The position numbers were made by a program, and so were the translations under genes. Positions 10,594 through 21,147 of a DNA stretch of 64,000 nucleotides are shown here, piece after piece. Source of the DNA: an uncultured cyanobacterium (GTDB lineage: Bacteria > Cyanobacteriota > Cyanobacteriia > Cyanobacteriales > CAWUOF01); the NCBI GenBank assembly GCA_963744145.1, contig CAVUSO010000001.1, positions 2,752,001 through 2,816,000 of the forward strand, in the 5' to 3' direction. The notes below the pieces were generated by a model, which worked only from the letters and a program-made list of their open reading frames with translations, did not search any database and was not told the origin of the DNA. Position 1 is the first letter of the stretch, and every line of letters begins with the position of its first letter.

Positions 10594-13266
10594 ATGGTGG
10601 ATATGAGTCTTCCTCCTAACTCTCCCCCCTTACTTCTAGCTATCCAAGCAGGTATTATTGATCAGGATACCACTGTTTTTGATTGGAAAGATGATCCTCC
10701 TGCTCGTGATGTTGATGTGATTAATTTAGGTGATCCGCTTAACCTGATTACATCCTCTACTGAATGTCAAGAACTTCTGACACAAGCTTGGTCATTAACT
10801 CGTCAGGTTTTAATTGTTTCCGCTCCTGTGGGGATTAATCATCAAGGTGATCATCAAATTGTTTATGGGAATGGAGAATTTAGACATCCCCATTGTTTCC
10901 GAAAATATTACCAACAGGAAGAATTAAAAAATTATCTCGAACAAGTTTTAAATGTTCCAGCTATTCCGGTTTCTCTAGGTGTTTATTTTATTTTCCGCTC
11001 GATCGCGCGATCGCAAAAATTCTTATTTTCTTATAGACAATCATCTCCACCCCAGTCGTCTCTTCGCGATGATATTCTCATTTATTTAGCACTGTACCAA
11101 CCTAATTTTTCTGATCTGATTCCCGAAATTCAAAATCCGATTATTGCTCTTTTTAATAGTTATGAGCAAGCTAGTCAAATGGCTCAGGATCTCCTCAATC
11201 AGATCCATGACTTTACCATAATAGTTAATCATTGTCAACAAAGCCCCATCGGTAAATTATTACCAGGTGCGCTCTATATTCATGTTTCTGCTTTACCCTA
11301 TCTCCATCCATTACTCAGACTTTATCAAGCTTATTCTAGTCAGAACATCGGGATAATTGAAAATACTACCTTAATTAAATTTAACACTAATCGTCCCCAA
11401 CTATCCTATTTATTTTATCCCGATTTTGATCGAGAACCCCATCCCATTCTTAAAGCTAGTATTCAGCTCGATACTCAGACAAGAAATCTGCGCTATCGTG
11501 ACTACAAAAATTCTGATAATCCTCCCCTATTACATCGAAAAGAAACCTTTGTTACTCCCGATTATCCCCACTATCAAGAATTTGCTCAACTAACTCAAGC
11601 ACAAGAAAAATTAGGATTACTCAATCACCGAGGAATCGGTACTTTAAAAGGTTGGTTAGGATGTTTAGAAGTAAAGGGAGTTGATCTAGATGGACATCAA
11701 ATCGTGAGACGAGAAAATCAGGGAATTGCGATCGCAATTCCCAAAATTGAACGTCATAAAGCAGCAATGTTAAGGAATGATCTTTCTCGACCCATGCGTT
11801 TAGCGTTGGAAACTGGTATCTTTACTGAAAATACTACCTTTTTTGATTATGGTTGTGGTCACGGTGGGGATATTGCGCGAATTGCAGAAAAAGGATATCT
11901 AAGTAGGGGATGGGACCCTTATTATTTACCAGATCATCCTTGTATTTCTGCTGATGTAGTTAATCTTGGTTATGTCATTAACGTGATTGAGTGTACGACA
12001 GAACGTCGAGCAGCTTTAATCAAAGCGTGGGAATTAACTCAGCAAGTTTTAATTGTGTCTGCTCAAGTTTTGATTCATGAACGTGGTAGTAATAGTCAAG
12101 CTACTTATGGAGATGGAATTATTACTCGTCGTCGGACTTTTCAAAAATATTATGAACAAGAAGAATTAAAAACTTATATTGACCAAGTTTTAAACGTAGA
12201 TGCTGTTCCCATTGCACTAGGAATTTATTTGGTTTTTCGGAATGAAGAACAAAAAACTAATTTTACTTTGTCTCGTTTACGCTGTCGTGTTACTACTCCC
12301 AGAATTCGAGCTAATATTAAGCGGTTTGAAGATTATCAAGAGTTACTAACTCCCCTGATGCGTTTTGTGACTGAACGCGGTCGTTTACCAGTTAAGGATG
12401 AGTTGGTTAATGAAGCTGATTTAAAAGTCGAATTTTCTAGTTTCAAACGCGCTTTTCAAGTCATTTTACAAGTTACTGATCAATCAGAATGGGATGCGAT
12501 CGCTCGGAAACGTCGGGAAGATTTACTGGTTTATTTTGCTTTAAGTAATTTTAGTCATGATGTAGATATCCGCAATTTAGCATTAGAGGTAAAGAATGAT
12601 ATTAAATGTCTGTTTGGTTCCTTTAAGCAAATTTGGGAAGAAGCGGATCAATTATTATTTACTCTCGCTGATAAAAACGCGATCGCAGCTGCTTGTGCGA
12701 AAAGTAAAATCGGTTTAAAACTTCCTCGGTCTTTTTCTGTGCATATTTCCGCTTTATCAGAAATTGATCCTTTAATTAGACTATATGAAGGTTGTGCTAG
12801 TCGGACAATTGGCAGATTTGATGGGGCAAATTTAATTAAATTTCATATTCATCAACCGCGCATATCTTATTTATTTTATCCTCATTTTGATACCGATCCT
12901 CATCCAGTGTTAGCTAATAGCGTTCATATTGATTTACAAAATTTGCACGTTAGCTACTGCGATTATGATGATGTTGATGATCCACCAATTTTTCACCGTA
13001 AGGAAACTGTAGTTGCTCCAGATTATCCTAATTATGAAAAGTTTGCCAAACTCAGTCTTCAGGAAGAAAATTGGGGTTTATTTGATGATTTTTCAGCGAT
13101 TAAAACTCGTCGAGGGTGGTTACGCTGTTTAGAAGAGCATTGTGCAGAGATTCATAATTATCGTCTTTTTTGGCGTAAAGATGCTGATCCTTATCGGATT
13201 AAATTAGCACAGTCAGCGCGGCGATCGCGTCGGAAGTCACAACTACATACCTCGGAAAAAATCTAG
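10594..13266 (+). CDS. DNA phosphorothioation-associated putative methyltransferase family protein
   Basis: FDYGCGHGGD, GWDPYY, VVNLGYVINVIE, TFQKYYEQEEL, duplicated YPxFDxxPHP/HRKET blocks. Confidence 0.8.
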   Translation: MVDMSLPPNSPPLLLAIQAGIIDQDTTVFDWKDDPPARDVDVINLGDPLNLITSSTECQELLTQAWSLTRQVLIVSAPVGINHQGDHQIVYGNGEFRHPHCFRKYYQQEELKNYLEQVLNVPAIPVSLGVYFIFRSIARSQKFLFSYRQSSPPQSSLRDDILIYLALYQPNFSDLIPEIQNPIIALFNSYEQASQMAQDLLNQIHDFTIIVNHCQQSPIGKLLPGALYIHVSALPYLHPLLRLYQAYSSQNIGIIENTTLIKFNTNRPQLSYLFYPDFDREPHPILKASIQLDTQTRNLRYRDYKNSDNPPLLHRKETFVTPDYPHYQEFAQLTQAQEKLGLLNHRGIGTLKGWLGCLEVKGVDLDGHQIVRRENQGIAIAIPKIERHKAAMLRNDLSRPMRLALETGIFTENTTFFDYGCGHGGDIARIAEKGYLSRGWDPYYLPDHPCISADVVNLGYVINVIECTTERRAALIKAWELTQQVLIVSAQVLIHERGSNSQATYGDGIITRRRTFQKYYEQEELKTYIDQVLNVDAVPIALGIYLVFRNEEQKTNFTLSRLRCRVTTPRIRANIKRFEDYQELLTPLMRFVTERGRLPVKDELVNEADLKVEFSSFKRAFQVILQVTDQSEWDAIARKRREDLLVYFALSNFSHDVDIRNLALEVKNDIKCLFGSFKQIWEEADQLLFTLADKNAIAAACAKSKIGLKLPRSFSVHISALSEIDPLIRLYEGCASRTIGRFDGANLIKFHIHQPRISYLFYPHFDTDPHPVLANSVHIDLQNLHVSYCDYDDVDDPPIFHRKETVVAPDYPNYEKFAKLSLQEENWGLFDDFSAIKTRRGWLRCLEEHCAEIHNYRLFWRKDADPYRIKLAQSARRSRRKSQLHTSEKI

Positions 13267-13346
13267 GGTAGATGAATTATAATTTTATTATATACTTAAA
13301 CGTTGGTTGTTGGCGCATCCAGGTCTGTTTCATTCTACCCGAATTG

Positions 13347-13385
13347 ACCTCTCCCCCAACCCCTTTCCTACAAGGAGAGGGGAGC
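13347..13385. repeat. C-rich/G-rich palindromic dispersed repeat
   Basis: GACCTCTCCCCCAACCCC...GAGGGGAGC; longer copy at 42523-42611. Confidence 0.7.
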
Positions 13386-13516
13386 AAGAATGAATCGGAT
13401 TACATCTCACTTAAATAAATTGACCTCTCCCCCCAGCTTCGCCCAGAATTCGCAAAAAACCTTAAATTATTACATCATAACTGAACCATTTTGGCGAATA
13501 GTTATTGGCAAAAATC

Positions 13517-14293
13517 ATGAGTGAAATATTAACTTCGATCGATGTCCCACCATCCTTACCTGACCATACCCAATTACCAGATCACGATGGTGTATTCGTG
13601 AAAAACTTTCAAGAGCATCCTCAATGTATTATGTTGACCGATTCGATCGGACCAACCTTAGCCCGACTACATCCAGAGGGAGATTATTGTATCGGACAGG
13701 ATTCGGGGATATATTGGACAGATGCAGATCCACCAGAACAAGGAGCAGAAGCACCGGATTGGTTCTATGTCCCTCATGTTCCAGCCCAACTCAATGGAAT
13801 GATGCGTCGCTCCTATGTATTTTGGCGAGAATTAAGGTCACCCTTGATCGCATTAGAATTAGCGAGCGGAAATGGTCAAGAGGAAAGAGATCAAACACCC
13901 CTATCCAGAAGTAGTGAAGGAATTAGACCAAGACCAGGCAAGTTTTGGGTATATGAACAGATTCTTCAGATTGCCTATTATGGCATTTATGAAGTGTTCA
14001 CAGGTAAATTAGAAGTCTATCATTTGGAAAATAATCGCTATCAAAAAATTACCTCCAACGACAGAGGACATTATCCAATTCCCGAATTAGAAGTAGAATT
14101 AGGACTATGGCAAGGAATCTATCAAAATCAAGAACAACTTTGGTTACGTTGGTGGGATTTAGCCGGCAATCTATTATTAATCGGTAATGAACGAGCTGAA
14201 CTAGAACGACACCGAGCTGAACAAGCTGAAATCAAAGCTGCTAAATTAGCAGAACTTTTGCGATCGATGGGGATTGAACCTGATGCTAATTGA
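13517..14293 (+). CDS. Uma2 (DUF820) family endonuclease, tandem copy 1
   Basis: APDWFYVP, IALELAS, KFWVYEQ, WLRWWD; 1 heptad in tail. Confidence 0.9.
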   Translation: MSEILTSIDVPPSLPDHTQLPDHDGVFVKNFQEHPQCIMLTDSIGPTLARLHPEGDYCIGQDSGIYWTDADPPEQGAEAPDWFYVPHVPAQLNGMMRRSYVFWRELRSPLIALELASGNGQEERDQTPLSRSSEGIRPRPGKFWVYEQILQIAYYGIYEVFTGKLEVYHLENNRYQKITSNDRGHYPIPELEVELGLWQGIYQNQEQLWLRWWDLAGNLLLIGNERAELERHRAEQAEIKAAKLAELLRSMGIEPDAN

Positions 14294-14333
14294 TCAGGAG
14301 CGGAATTGAATTTTTGGCGATCGCACGATCTAT

Positions 14334-14483
14334 AAATCCAGTTCAGTTACCTGTAGGGGCGTAGCATTCAGGCGACAACTTATCACCCATAGCAGTTAAT
14401 ATTAGATCCGAATGCTACGCCCAGTTACGTCCAGAATTCCCAAAGAAAACCTTAAATTATTACATCATAACTGAACCATTTTG
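14334..14483. mobile_element. MITE-like/REP composite, one per Uma2 repeat unit (also 15430-15579, 16609-16757; left-truncated copy ending ~13493)
   Basis: GTTCAGTTA...TAACTGAAC ends around a GTAGGGGCGTAGCATTC...GAATGCTACGCCC hairpin. Confidence 0.7.
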
Positions 14484-14506
14484 GCGAATAGTTATTGGCA
14501 AAAATC

Positions 14507-15389
14507 ATGAGTGAAATATTAACTTCGATCGATGTCCCACCATCCTTACCTGACCATACCCAATTACCAGATCACGATGGTGTATTTGTGAAAAATTTTC
14601 AAGAGCATCCCCAATGTATTATGTTGACCGATTCGATCGGACCAACCTTAGCCCGACTACATCCAGAGGGAGATTATTGTATCGGACAGGATTCGGGGAT
14701 ATATTGGACGAGATGCAGATCCACCAGAACAGGGAGCAGAAGCACCGGATTGGTTCTATGTCCCCCATGTTCCAGCCCAACTCAATGGAATGATGCGTCG
14801 GTCCTATGTATTTTGGCGAGAATTAAGGTCACCCTTGATCGCATTAGAATTAGCGAGCGGAAATGGTCAAGAGGAAAGAGATCAAACACCCCTATCCAGA
14901 AGTAGTGAAGGAATCAGACCAAGACCAGGCAAGTTTTGGGTATACGAACAAATTCTTCACATTGCCTATTATGGCATTTATGAAGTGTTCACAGGTAAAT
15001 TAGAAGTCTACCATTTGGAAAATAATCGCTATCAAAAAATCACCCCCAATGAAAGAGGACATTATCCAATTCCCGAATTAGAAGTAGAATTAGGACTATG
15101 GCAAGGCATCTATCAAAATCAAGAACAACTCTGGTTACGTTGGTGGGATTTAGCAGGCAATCTGTTATTAATCGGTAATGAACGAGCCGAGCTAGAACAA
15201 CAAAGAAGGGAACAAGAATGTCAACGGGCTGAACAAGAATATCAACGGGCTGAACAAGAACGTCAACGTGCCGAACAAGAACGTCAACGTGCCGAACAAG
15301 AACATCAACGGGCTGAACAAGCTGAAATCAAAGCTGCTAAATTAGCAGAACTTTTACGATCGATGGGGATTGAACCTGATGCTAATTGA
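14507..15389 (+). pseudogene. Uma2 family endonuclease, tandem copy 2, frameshifted
   Basis: TGGACGAGAT at ~14705 versus TGGACAGAT/TGGCGAGAT in sibling copies (+1 nt); 6 heptads in tail. Confidence 0.8.
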
Positions 15390-15602
15390 TCAGGAGCGGA
15401 ATTGAATTTTTGGCGATCGCACGATCTATAAATCCAGTTCAGTTACCTGTAGGGGCGTAGCATTCGGGCGACAACTTATCACCCATAGCAGTTAATATTA
15501 GATCCGAATGCTACGCCCAGTTACGTCCAGAATTCCCAAAGAAAACCTTAAATTATTACATCATAACTGAACCATTTTGGCGAATAGTTATTGGCAAAAA
15601 TC

Positions 15603-16568
15603 ATGAGTGAAATATTAACTTCGATCGATGTCCCACCATCCTTACCTGACCATACCCAATTACCAGATCACGATGGTGTATTTGTGAAAAACTTTCAAGA
15701 GCATCCCCAATGTATTATCTTGACCGATTCGATCGGACCAACCTTAGCCCGACTACATCCAGAGGGAGATTATTGTATCGGACAGGATTCGGGGATATAT
15801 TGGCGAGATGCAGATCCACCAGAACAAGGAGCAGAAGCACCGGATTGGTTTTATGTCCCGAATGTTCCAGCCCAACTCAATGGAATGATGCGTCGATCTT
15901 ATGTATTTTGGCGAGAATTAAGGTCACCCTTGATCGCATTAGAATTAGCGAGCGGAAATGGTCAAGAGGAAAGAGATCAAACACCCCTATCCAGAAGTAG
16001 TGAAGGAATCAGACCAAGACCAGGCAAGTTTTGGGTATACGAACAAATTCTTCACATTGCCTATTATGGCATTTATGAAGTGTTCACAGGTAAATTAGAG
16101 GTCTATCATTTGGAAAATAATCGCTATCAAAAAATCATGCCCAATGAAAGAGGACATTATCCAATTCCCGAATTAGAAGTAGAATTAGGACTATGGCAAG
16201 GCATCTATCAAAATCAAGAACAACTCTGGTTACGTTGGTGGGATTTAGCAGGCAATCTGTTATTAATCGGTAATGAACGAGCTGAACTAGAACAACAAAG
16301 AAGAGAACAAGAACATCAACGAGCCGAACAAGAACATCAACGAGCCGAACAAGAACGTCAACGAGCCGAACAAGAACATCAACGTGCTGAACAAGAACAA
16401 CAACGTGCTGAACAAGAACGTCAACGAGCCGAACAAGAACAACAACGTGCTGAACAAGAACGTCAACGCGCTGAACAAGAACAACAACGTGCTGAACAAG
16501 CTGAAATCAAAGCTGCTAAATTAGCAGAACTTTTACGATCGATGGGGATTGAACCTGATGCTAATTGA
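15603..16568 (+). CDS. Uma2 family endonuclease, tandem copy 3
   Basis: Near-identical to copy 1; 10 heptads (xQRAEQE). Confidence 0.9.
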   Translation: MSEILTSIDVPPSLPDHTQLPDHDGVFVKNFQEHPQCIILTDSIGPTLARLHPEGDYCIGQDSGIYWRDADPPEQGAEAPDWFYVPNVPAQLNGMMRRSYVFWRELRSPLIALELASGNGQEERDQTPLSRSSEGIRPRPGKFWVYEQILHIAYYGIYEVFTGKLEVYHLENNRYQKIMPNERGHYPIPELEVELGLWQGIYQNQEQLWLRWWDLAGNLLLIGNERAELEQQRREQEHQRAEQEHQRAEQERQRAEQEHQRAEQEQQRAEQERQRAEQEQQRAEQERQRAEQEQQRAEQAEIKAAKLAELLRSMGIEPDAN

Positions 16569-16780
16569 TCAGGAGCAGAATTGAATTTTTGGCGATCGCG
16601 CGATCTATAAATCCAGTTCAGTTACCTGTAGGGGCGTAGCATTCGGGCGACAACTTATCGCCCATAGCAATTAATATTAGATCCGAATGCTACGCCCAGC
16701 TTTGCTCAGAATTCCCAAAAAAACCTTAAATTATTACATCATAACTGAACCATTTTGGCGAATAGTTATTGGCAAAAATC

Positions 16781-17704
16781 ATGAGTGAAATATTAACTTC
16801 GATCGATGTTCCACCATCCTTACCTGACCATACCCAATTACCAGATCACGATGGTGTATTTGTGAAAAACTTTCAAGAGCATCCTCAATGTATTATCTTG
16901 ACCGATTCGATCGGACCAACCTTAGCCCGACTACATCCAGAGGGAGATTATTGTATCGGACAGGATTCGGGGATATATTGGCGAGATGCAGATCCACCAG
17001 AACAAGGAGCAGAAGCACCGGATTGGTTCTATGTCCCTCATGTTCCAGCCCAACTCAATGGGATGATGCGTCGATCTTATGTATTTTGGCGAGAATTAAG
17101 GTCACCCTTGATCGCATTAGAATTAGCGAGCGGAAATGGTCAAGAGGAAAGAGATCAAACACCCCTATCCAGAAGTAGTGAAGGAATTAGACCAAGACCA
17201 GGCAAGTTTTGGGTATATGAACAAATTCTTCACATTGCCTATTATGGCATTTATGAAGTGTTCACGGGTAAATTAGAGGTCTATCATTTGGAAAATAATC
17301 GCTATCAAAAAATCACTCCCAATGAAAGAGGACATTATCCCATACCCGAATTAGAAGTAGAATTGGGACTATGGCAAGGCATCTATCAAAATCAAGAACA
17401 ACTCTGGTTACGTTGGTGGGATTTAGCCGGAAATCTGTTATTAACTGGTAGTGAACGAGCCGAGCTAGAACAACAAAGAAGGGAACAAGAACGTCAACGG
17501 GCTGAACAAGAACGTCAACGGGCTGAACAAGAACGCCAACGTGCTGAACAAGAACGCCAACGTGCCGAATCCGCTAATCAGCTAGTCGAGCAGGAACGAC
17601 AACTTAGACAACAAGAACGACACCGAGCTGAACAAGCTGAAATCAAAGCTGCTAAATTAGCAGAACTTTTACGATCGATGGGGATTGAAGCTGATGCCAA
17701 TTGA
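16781..17704 (+). CDS. Uma2 family endonuclease, tandem copy 4
   Basis: Near-identical to copy 1; tail 49 aa longer, with a divergent ESANQLVEQ segment. Confidence 0.9.
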   Translation: MSEILTSIDVPPSLPDHTQLPDHDGVFVKNFQEHPQCIILTDSIGPTLARLHPEGDYCIGQDSGIYWRDADPPEQGAEAPDWFYVPHVPAQLNGMMRRSYVFWRELRSPLIALELASGNGQEERDQTPLSRSSEGIRPRPGKFWVYEQILHIAYYGIYEVFTGKLEVYHLENNRYQKITPNERGHYPIPELEVELGLWQGIYQNQEQLWLRWWDLAGNLLLTGSERAELEQQRREQERQRAEQERQRAEQERQRAEQERQRAESANQLVEQERQLRQQERHRAEQAEIKAAKLAELLRSMGIEADAN

Positions 17705-17777
17705 TCAGGAGCGGAATTGAATTTTTGGCGATCGCGCTATCTATACTATTAATCATCCCGATCGCCTCAATTTTCAA

Positions 17778-18347
17778 TTAATAACAATATTTGCCGTTTT
17801 TAGGTTTTGGTTGGTTTTGTCCAGTCCGAATCGTTCCTAATAAAGTAGAGACAAATACACAGCGTTTCATGCTAGGATTATTCCTACTATTTAATGTGAC
17901 TCTACCTAATTGTCCATTAGTAAGTCCTTTATGATTAAATTCGACTTTCCAAATACCTTTTGTATATTTTAAGGTGGTTTCGTTCAAATCTAAATCTACA
18001 TTTTCATCTAATTTTTGCCAATTTGCATCCTGGGGATCGGTACTTTTCGGATGAACTGCCCAATAGACAATATCATTTACTAATTTTATACTTACTTGCC
18101 AAATTTGATTACTTCGATTGGCTTTATTTTGCGCTTCTCGTTTAGCTTGTAATATTTGGTCTTGGGCATTTTTCAGTCTCTGGTTGTCTATAAAAACTAG
18201 CCAGTTTTGCACTGCGATCGCACTAATAATACTAATAATAGCGATGATCACCACATTCTCAATTAAGGTAAATCCTAATTGGGAATTTTTCTTCCCGATC
18301 GCTATCAATTTCTGGCTTTTATCTATTAATTTCTGATTTATCTTCAT
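17778..18347 (-). CDS. Type IV pilin-like / pseudopilin protein
   Basis: GFTLIE prepilin motif, hydrophobic helix, KRCVFVSTLLG. Confidence 0.85.
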   Translation of the reverse strand: MKINQKLIDKSQKLIAIGKKNSQLGFTLIENVVIIAIISIISAIAVQNWLVFIDNQRLKNAQDQILQAKREAQNKANRSNQIWQVSIKLVNDIVYWAVHPKSTDPQDANWQKLDENVDLDLNETTLKYTKGIWKVEFNHKGLTNGQLGRVTLNSRNNPSMKRCVFVSTLLGTIRTGQNQPKPKNGKYCY

Positions 18348-18440
18348 CTTGATACACCTGCTGAAAATATTTGGAGGCTATTTTAAAAGCCCGGATATTT
18401 TATATGAAAGGTGTTTTTTGACAAGATGGTTTTACAAAAC

Positions 18441-19052
18441 TTATAAATTACAATCCGTATTCCTACCAGTGCGAATTTCACCGAATAGAGTGGAAACGAT
18501 TACACAACGTTGAGTAGCAGTAGCTGGACTAAAACTGGCTAGATCACTTTGAGAAATTACTGTGATTTTTCCATACTCTCCTGTAGTCATCGTCGCTAAG
18601 GTATTGGAATTTGGATTAGTTGTAGAAGTATTATTAGCGATCACCATACCTTTTTGATCAAACTGGACCCTATACACAGAAGCACCTACAGGAGGACTAC
18701 TCGGGCTAAAAGCGATCATATCAGCATTACTATTAATCAAATTCTCCCAACTAGCACCAGTACATATATTAGCCTGGCTATCTAGTTGCGCTGCACCTTG
18801 TAATGCTTTAGTGGTAGGATTTTGTTGAAAACAGGCTTCCCAAACTCTTTTCTCTTTTTTAGCTTTAAATTGGGCGGTTCGGATTGTCTCTAAAATCCGC
18901 TCTTGCGCTCCATTTATTCGTTGTCCTTGTAAAAATGACAGCCAACTAGGAACTGCGATCGCTCCTAAAATGCCAATAATGACAACGACAATGAGCAATT
19001 CTATAACTGTAAATCCCGCCACTGATTGAGTTGAGTCTATTTTTTTGATCAT
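18441..19052 (-). CDS. Pseudopilin (HpsD position)
   Basis: GFTVIELLIV..AIAVPSW, RCVIVSTLFG; fourth gene of the hps locus. Confidence 0.8.
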   Translation of the reverse strand: MIKKIDSTQSVAGFTVIELLIVVVIIGILGAIAVPSWLSFLQGQRINGAQERILETIRTAQFKAKKEKRVWEACFQQNPTTKALQGAAQLDSQANICTGASWENLINSNADMIAFSPSSPPVGASVYRVQFDQKGMVIANNTSTTNPNSNTLATMTTGEYGKITVISQSDLASFSPATATQRCVIVSTLFGEIRTGRNTDCNL

Positions 19053-19122
19053 CTTACTTCTCTCAGCTTAATCTACTGAAAATTTACCTAATATGATTTG
19101 ATTGAAGTGAAATTAACCCCTA

Positions 19123-20256
19123 TTACTGAACAGGTGCTTTATCAATTACTCCTCGATTGAGAACTTGAGTTTCAATAACAGGAAGGGGATCTATACTTGC
19201 CTGACCAATGGTATTAATTCCTGGTTTACCTGACATATTACCTCTCAGGAATAAAACCACCTTCTGGTTAAATGGAGTCTGAGTTGCGGAAGTTGAACCA
19301 TTTACCGCCGCAGATTCATCTGGAGGTATTCTTACACAAGCGTAGAAATTCCTCATATTATAGGAATCGTTATTACCTGAGCCAAATTGAGCTGGTCCTC
19401 CATCTGTACGAGGTGCTGAATATAGGTTTAAAGTTTTATTACTCGGAGTCAAGATATAGTTAGTAGGATCAGAACAGGCAACTTGAGAGTTAGTTCCCAG
19501 AAATTCAAACATTTGTCTATCTTCGACAAAATCAACCAATACTTTAGAAGTGTCAGTTGGAGAACTACTTTGCAGATTATTATAGGGGCTAACCGTACTT
19601 AATGGCCAGTAAGCAGCACTAACTGTTTGATTCGGATCAAAAGGATTTACATATCCTGCAACTGGGTTACCGTTACTATCATATTGGGATAACTCGTAAC
19701 GAAGGATACGGGATCTTCCTTGCCAAGTGTTAGCAGAATTATCTCGACTTAAATAGTATACAACTAGACCGTAAGTTCTAGCCGCTAAACAGGGATAATT
19801 CTTACCGCTAGAATCTGTCGCACTAGGGTTTGCGGCACAAGCCGTGCTAACTACTGAAGGTAAAGGGTCTATTTTCCAAAAGGCTAAAATTGGCACACTA
19901 TTAGCCGGGTGAGGTATATAGTTATTGCCAGTATTAAAAATTCCTGAACAGATCTGCTGGCTAGCTTGGGTATTAATGCTAGCATCTAAGCATGAGCCGT
20001 CATAAACATATACAGCCTCTCTCAATTCTGAGCTGATAAAATCCAAAGCTAATTGCATTTCTCGCTGGGTTTCTGTGCGAGCTGATTCTAGGTTATTTGT
20101 GCTTTGTAATTCTACTACTGCTGCTAGTAAGCCGGTGATAATTACCCCCGACATAATAATTGCAACTAATAGTTCTACTAAGGTAAAACCTGAACTCTGG
20201 TGCTTTTGTTTCCAAGCCCAGTATAAATTTAATAATAATCTCGATCTTCTTACCAT
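19123..20256 (-). CDS. hpsC: Hormogonium polysaccharide secretion pseudopilin HpsC-like
   Basis: GFTLVELLVA, ELREAVYVY, PILAFW; synteny with hpsA. Confidence 0.7.
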   Translation of the reverse strand: MVRRSRLLLNLYWAWKQKHQSSGFTLVELLVAIIMSGVIITGLLAAVVELQSTNNLESARTETQREMQLALDFISSELREAVYVYDGSCLDASINTQASQQICSGIFNTGNNYIPHPANSVPILAFWKIDPLPSVVSTACAANPSATDSSGKNYPCLAARTYGLVVYYLSRDNSANTWQGRSRILRYELSQYDSNGNPVAGYVNPFDPNQTVSAAYWPLSTVSPYNNLQSSSPTDTSKVLVDFVEDRQMFEFLGTNSQVACSDPTNYILTPSNKTLNLYSAPRTDGGPAQFGSGNNDSYNMRNFYACVRIPPDESAAVNGSTSATQTPFNQKVVLFLRGNMSGKPGINTIGQASIDPLPVIETQVLNRGVIDKAPVQ

Positions 20257-20303
20257 GAGTCTTTACCCCCGATTGGTTTTTAAAATTTTATGTGTTACTT
20301 TAA

Positions 20304-21050
20304 TTACGGAGAACATGTGTGATTTTTAAAGCAGGAATATTTTCCTAAAGAAATATTTTGATCAGCCTGAGTAATGTCCGTATATAAAACTGCTAAAGGT
20401 TGGACTTGCTGATTACCCAGACCTGTGGTTAATTGCAAAGAAGCTTGTTGAGTTTGAGCAGTGTTTGAAGTGATCGCATTAAGAGCTTCATAAGAATAGA
20501 CTCTAACACCCATCGTAAAAGCGATCGGCACTGGATTCCCATCTGGGCCATTAATAGTTGTTCCGTTAATCTGATTACTGAAAGTTTGCATTAAAAAAGC
20601 GGGTTGGCAATCTCCAGTTACATCAACAGGTACAACTGTATTAAAGGGAACTGGTGTTGGCGGGTTTGCCGCAGCCGGACTAGCCGTGTCAAAAGTTGAA
20701 CAAGAGCTATTACTAGACTGTAAGTAAGGATAGACAACATAAGGAGCTGGTATAGTTGTGAGATCTGCAACGTTACCAATACTACTAGGTATCTGGTTAG
20801 AATTAAAGTTTCCCTTTTCTACCAATACTCTTACTTGATCAATTGCACCATGCGCTATTTGCAATGCTTGTTCAGCTTTGCGATTTTGAGCGCGGGTTGC
20901 TACTGCCAACATGATGGGAGGTGTCATGGAGATAATTACTGCTGAAAGCACGAAAATCGCCACCAGACATTCGATCAGAGTTAGCCCTTCCTCGGAGCGA
21001 TCGCGATCGCTCCAAGTTTTGAGATGCTGTTTTATTTGAGTGATATTCAT
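20304..21050 (-). CDS. hpsB: Hormogonium polysaccharide secretion pseudopilin HpsB-like
   Basis: GLTLIECLVAI..PPIMLAVATRAQN; directly downstream of hpsA. Confidence 0.7.
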   Translation of the reverse strand: MNITQIKQHLKTWSDRDRSEEGLTLIECLVAIFVLSAVIISMTPPIMLAVATRAQNRKAEQALQIAHGAIDQVRVLVEKGNFNSNQIPSSIGNVADLTTIPAPYVVYPYLQSSNSSCSTFDTASPAAANPPTPVPFNTVVPVDVTGDCQPAFLMQTFSNQINGTTINGPDGNPVPIAFTMGVRVYSYEALNAITSNTAQTQQASLQLTTGLGNQQVQPLAVLYTDITQADQNISLGKYSCFKNHTCSP

Positions 21051-21147
21051 CTGGATTTTACCTCCTTGGGTAAGAAGTTTTTTAGACCTCTTACCCTTTA
21101 TTTTTAGCTGAGATTACCAACTGATTAAGTGATCCGGATCGTTGTTA

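Noticed and set aside
13436..17745. CRISPR array or DGR in the repeated region
   Set aside because: Units are ~1-kb gene duplications; no short repeat-spacer pattern, reverse transcriptase or template/variable repeat pair is visible
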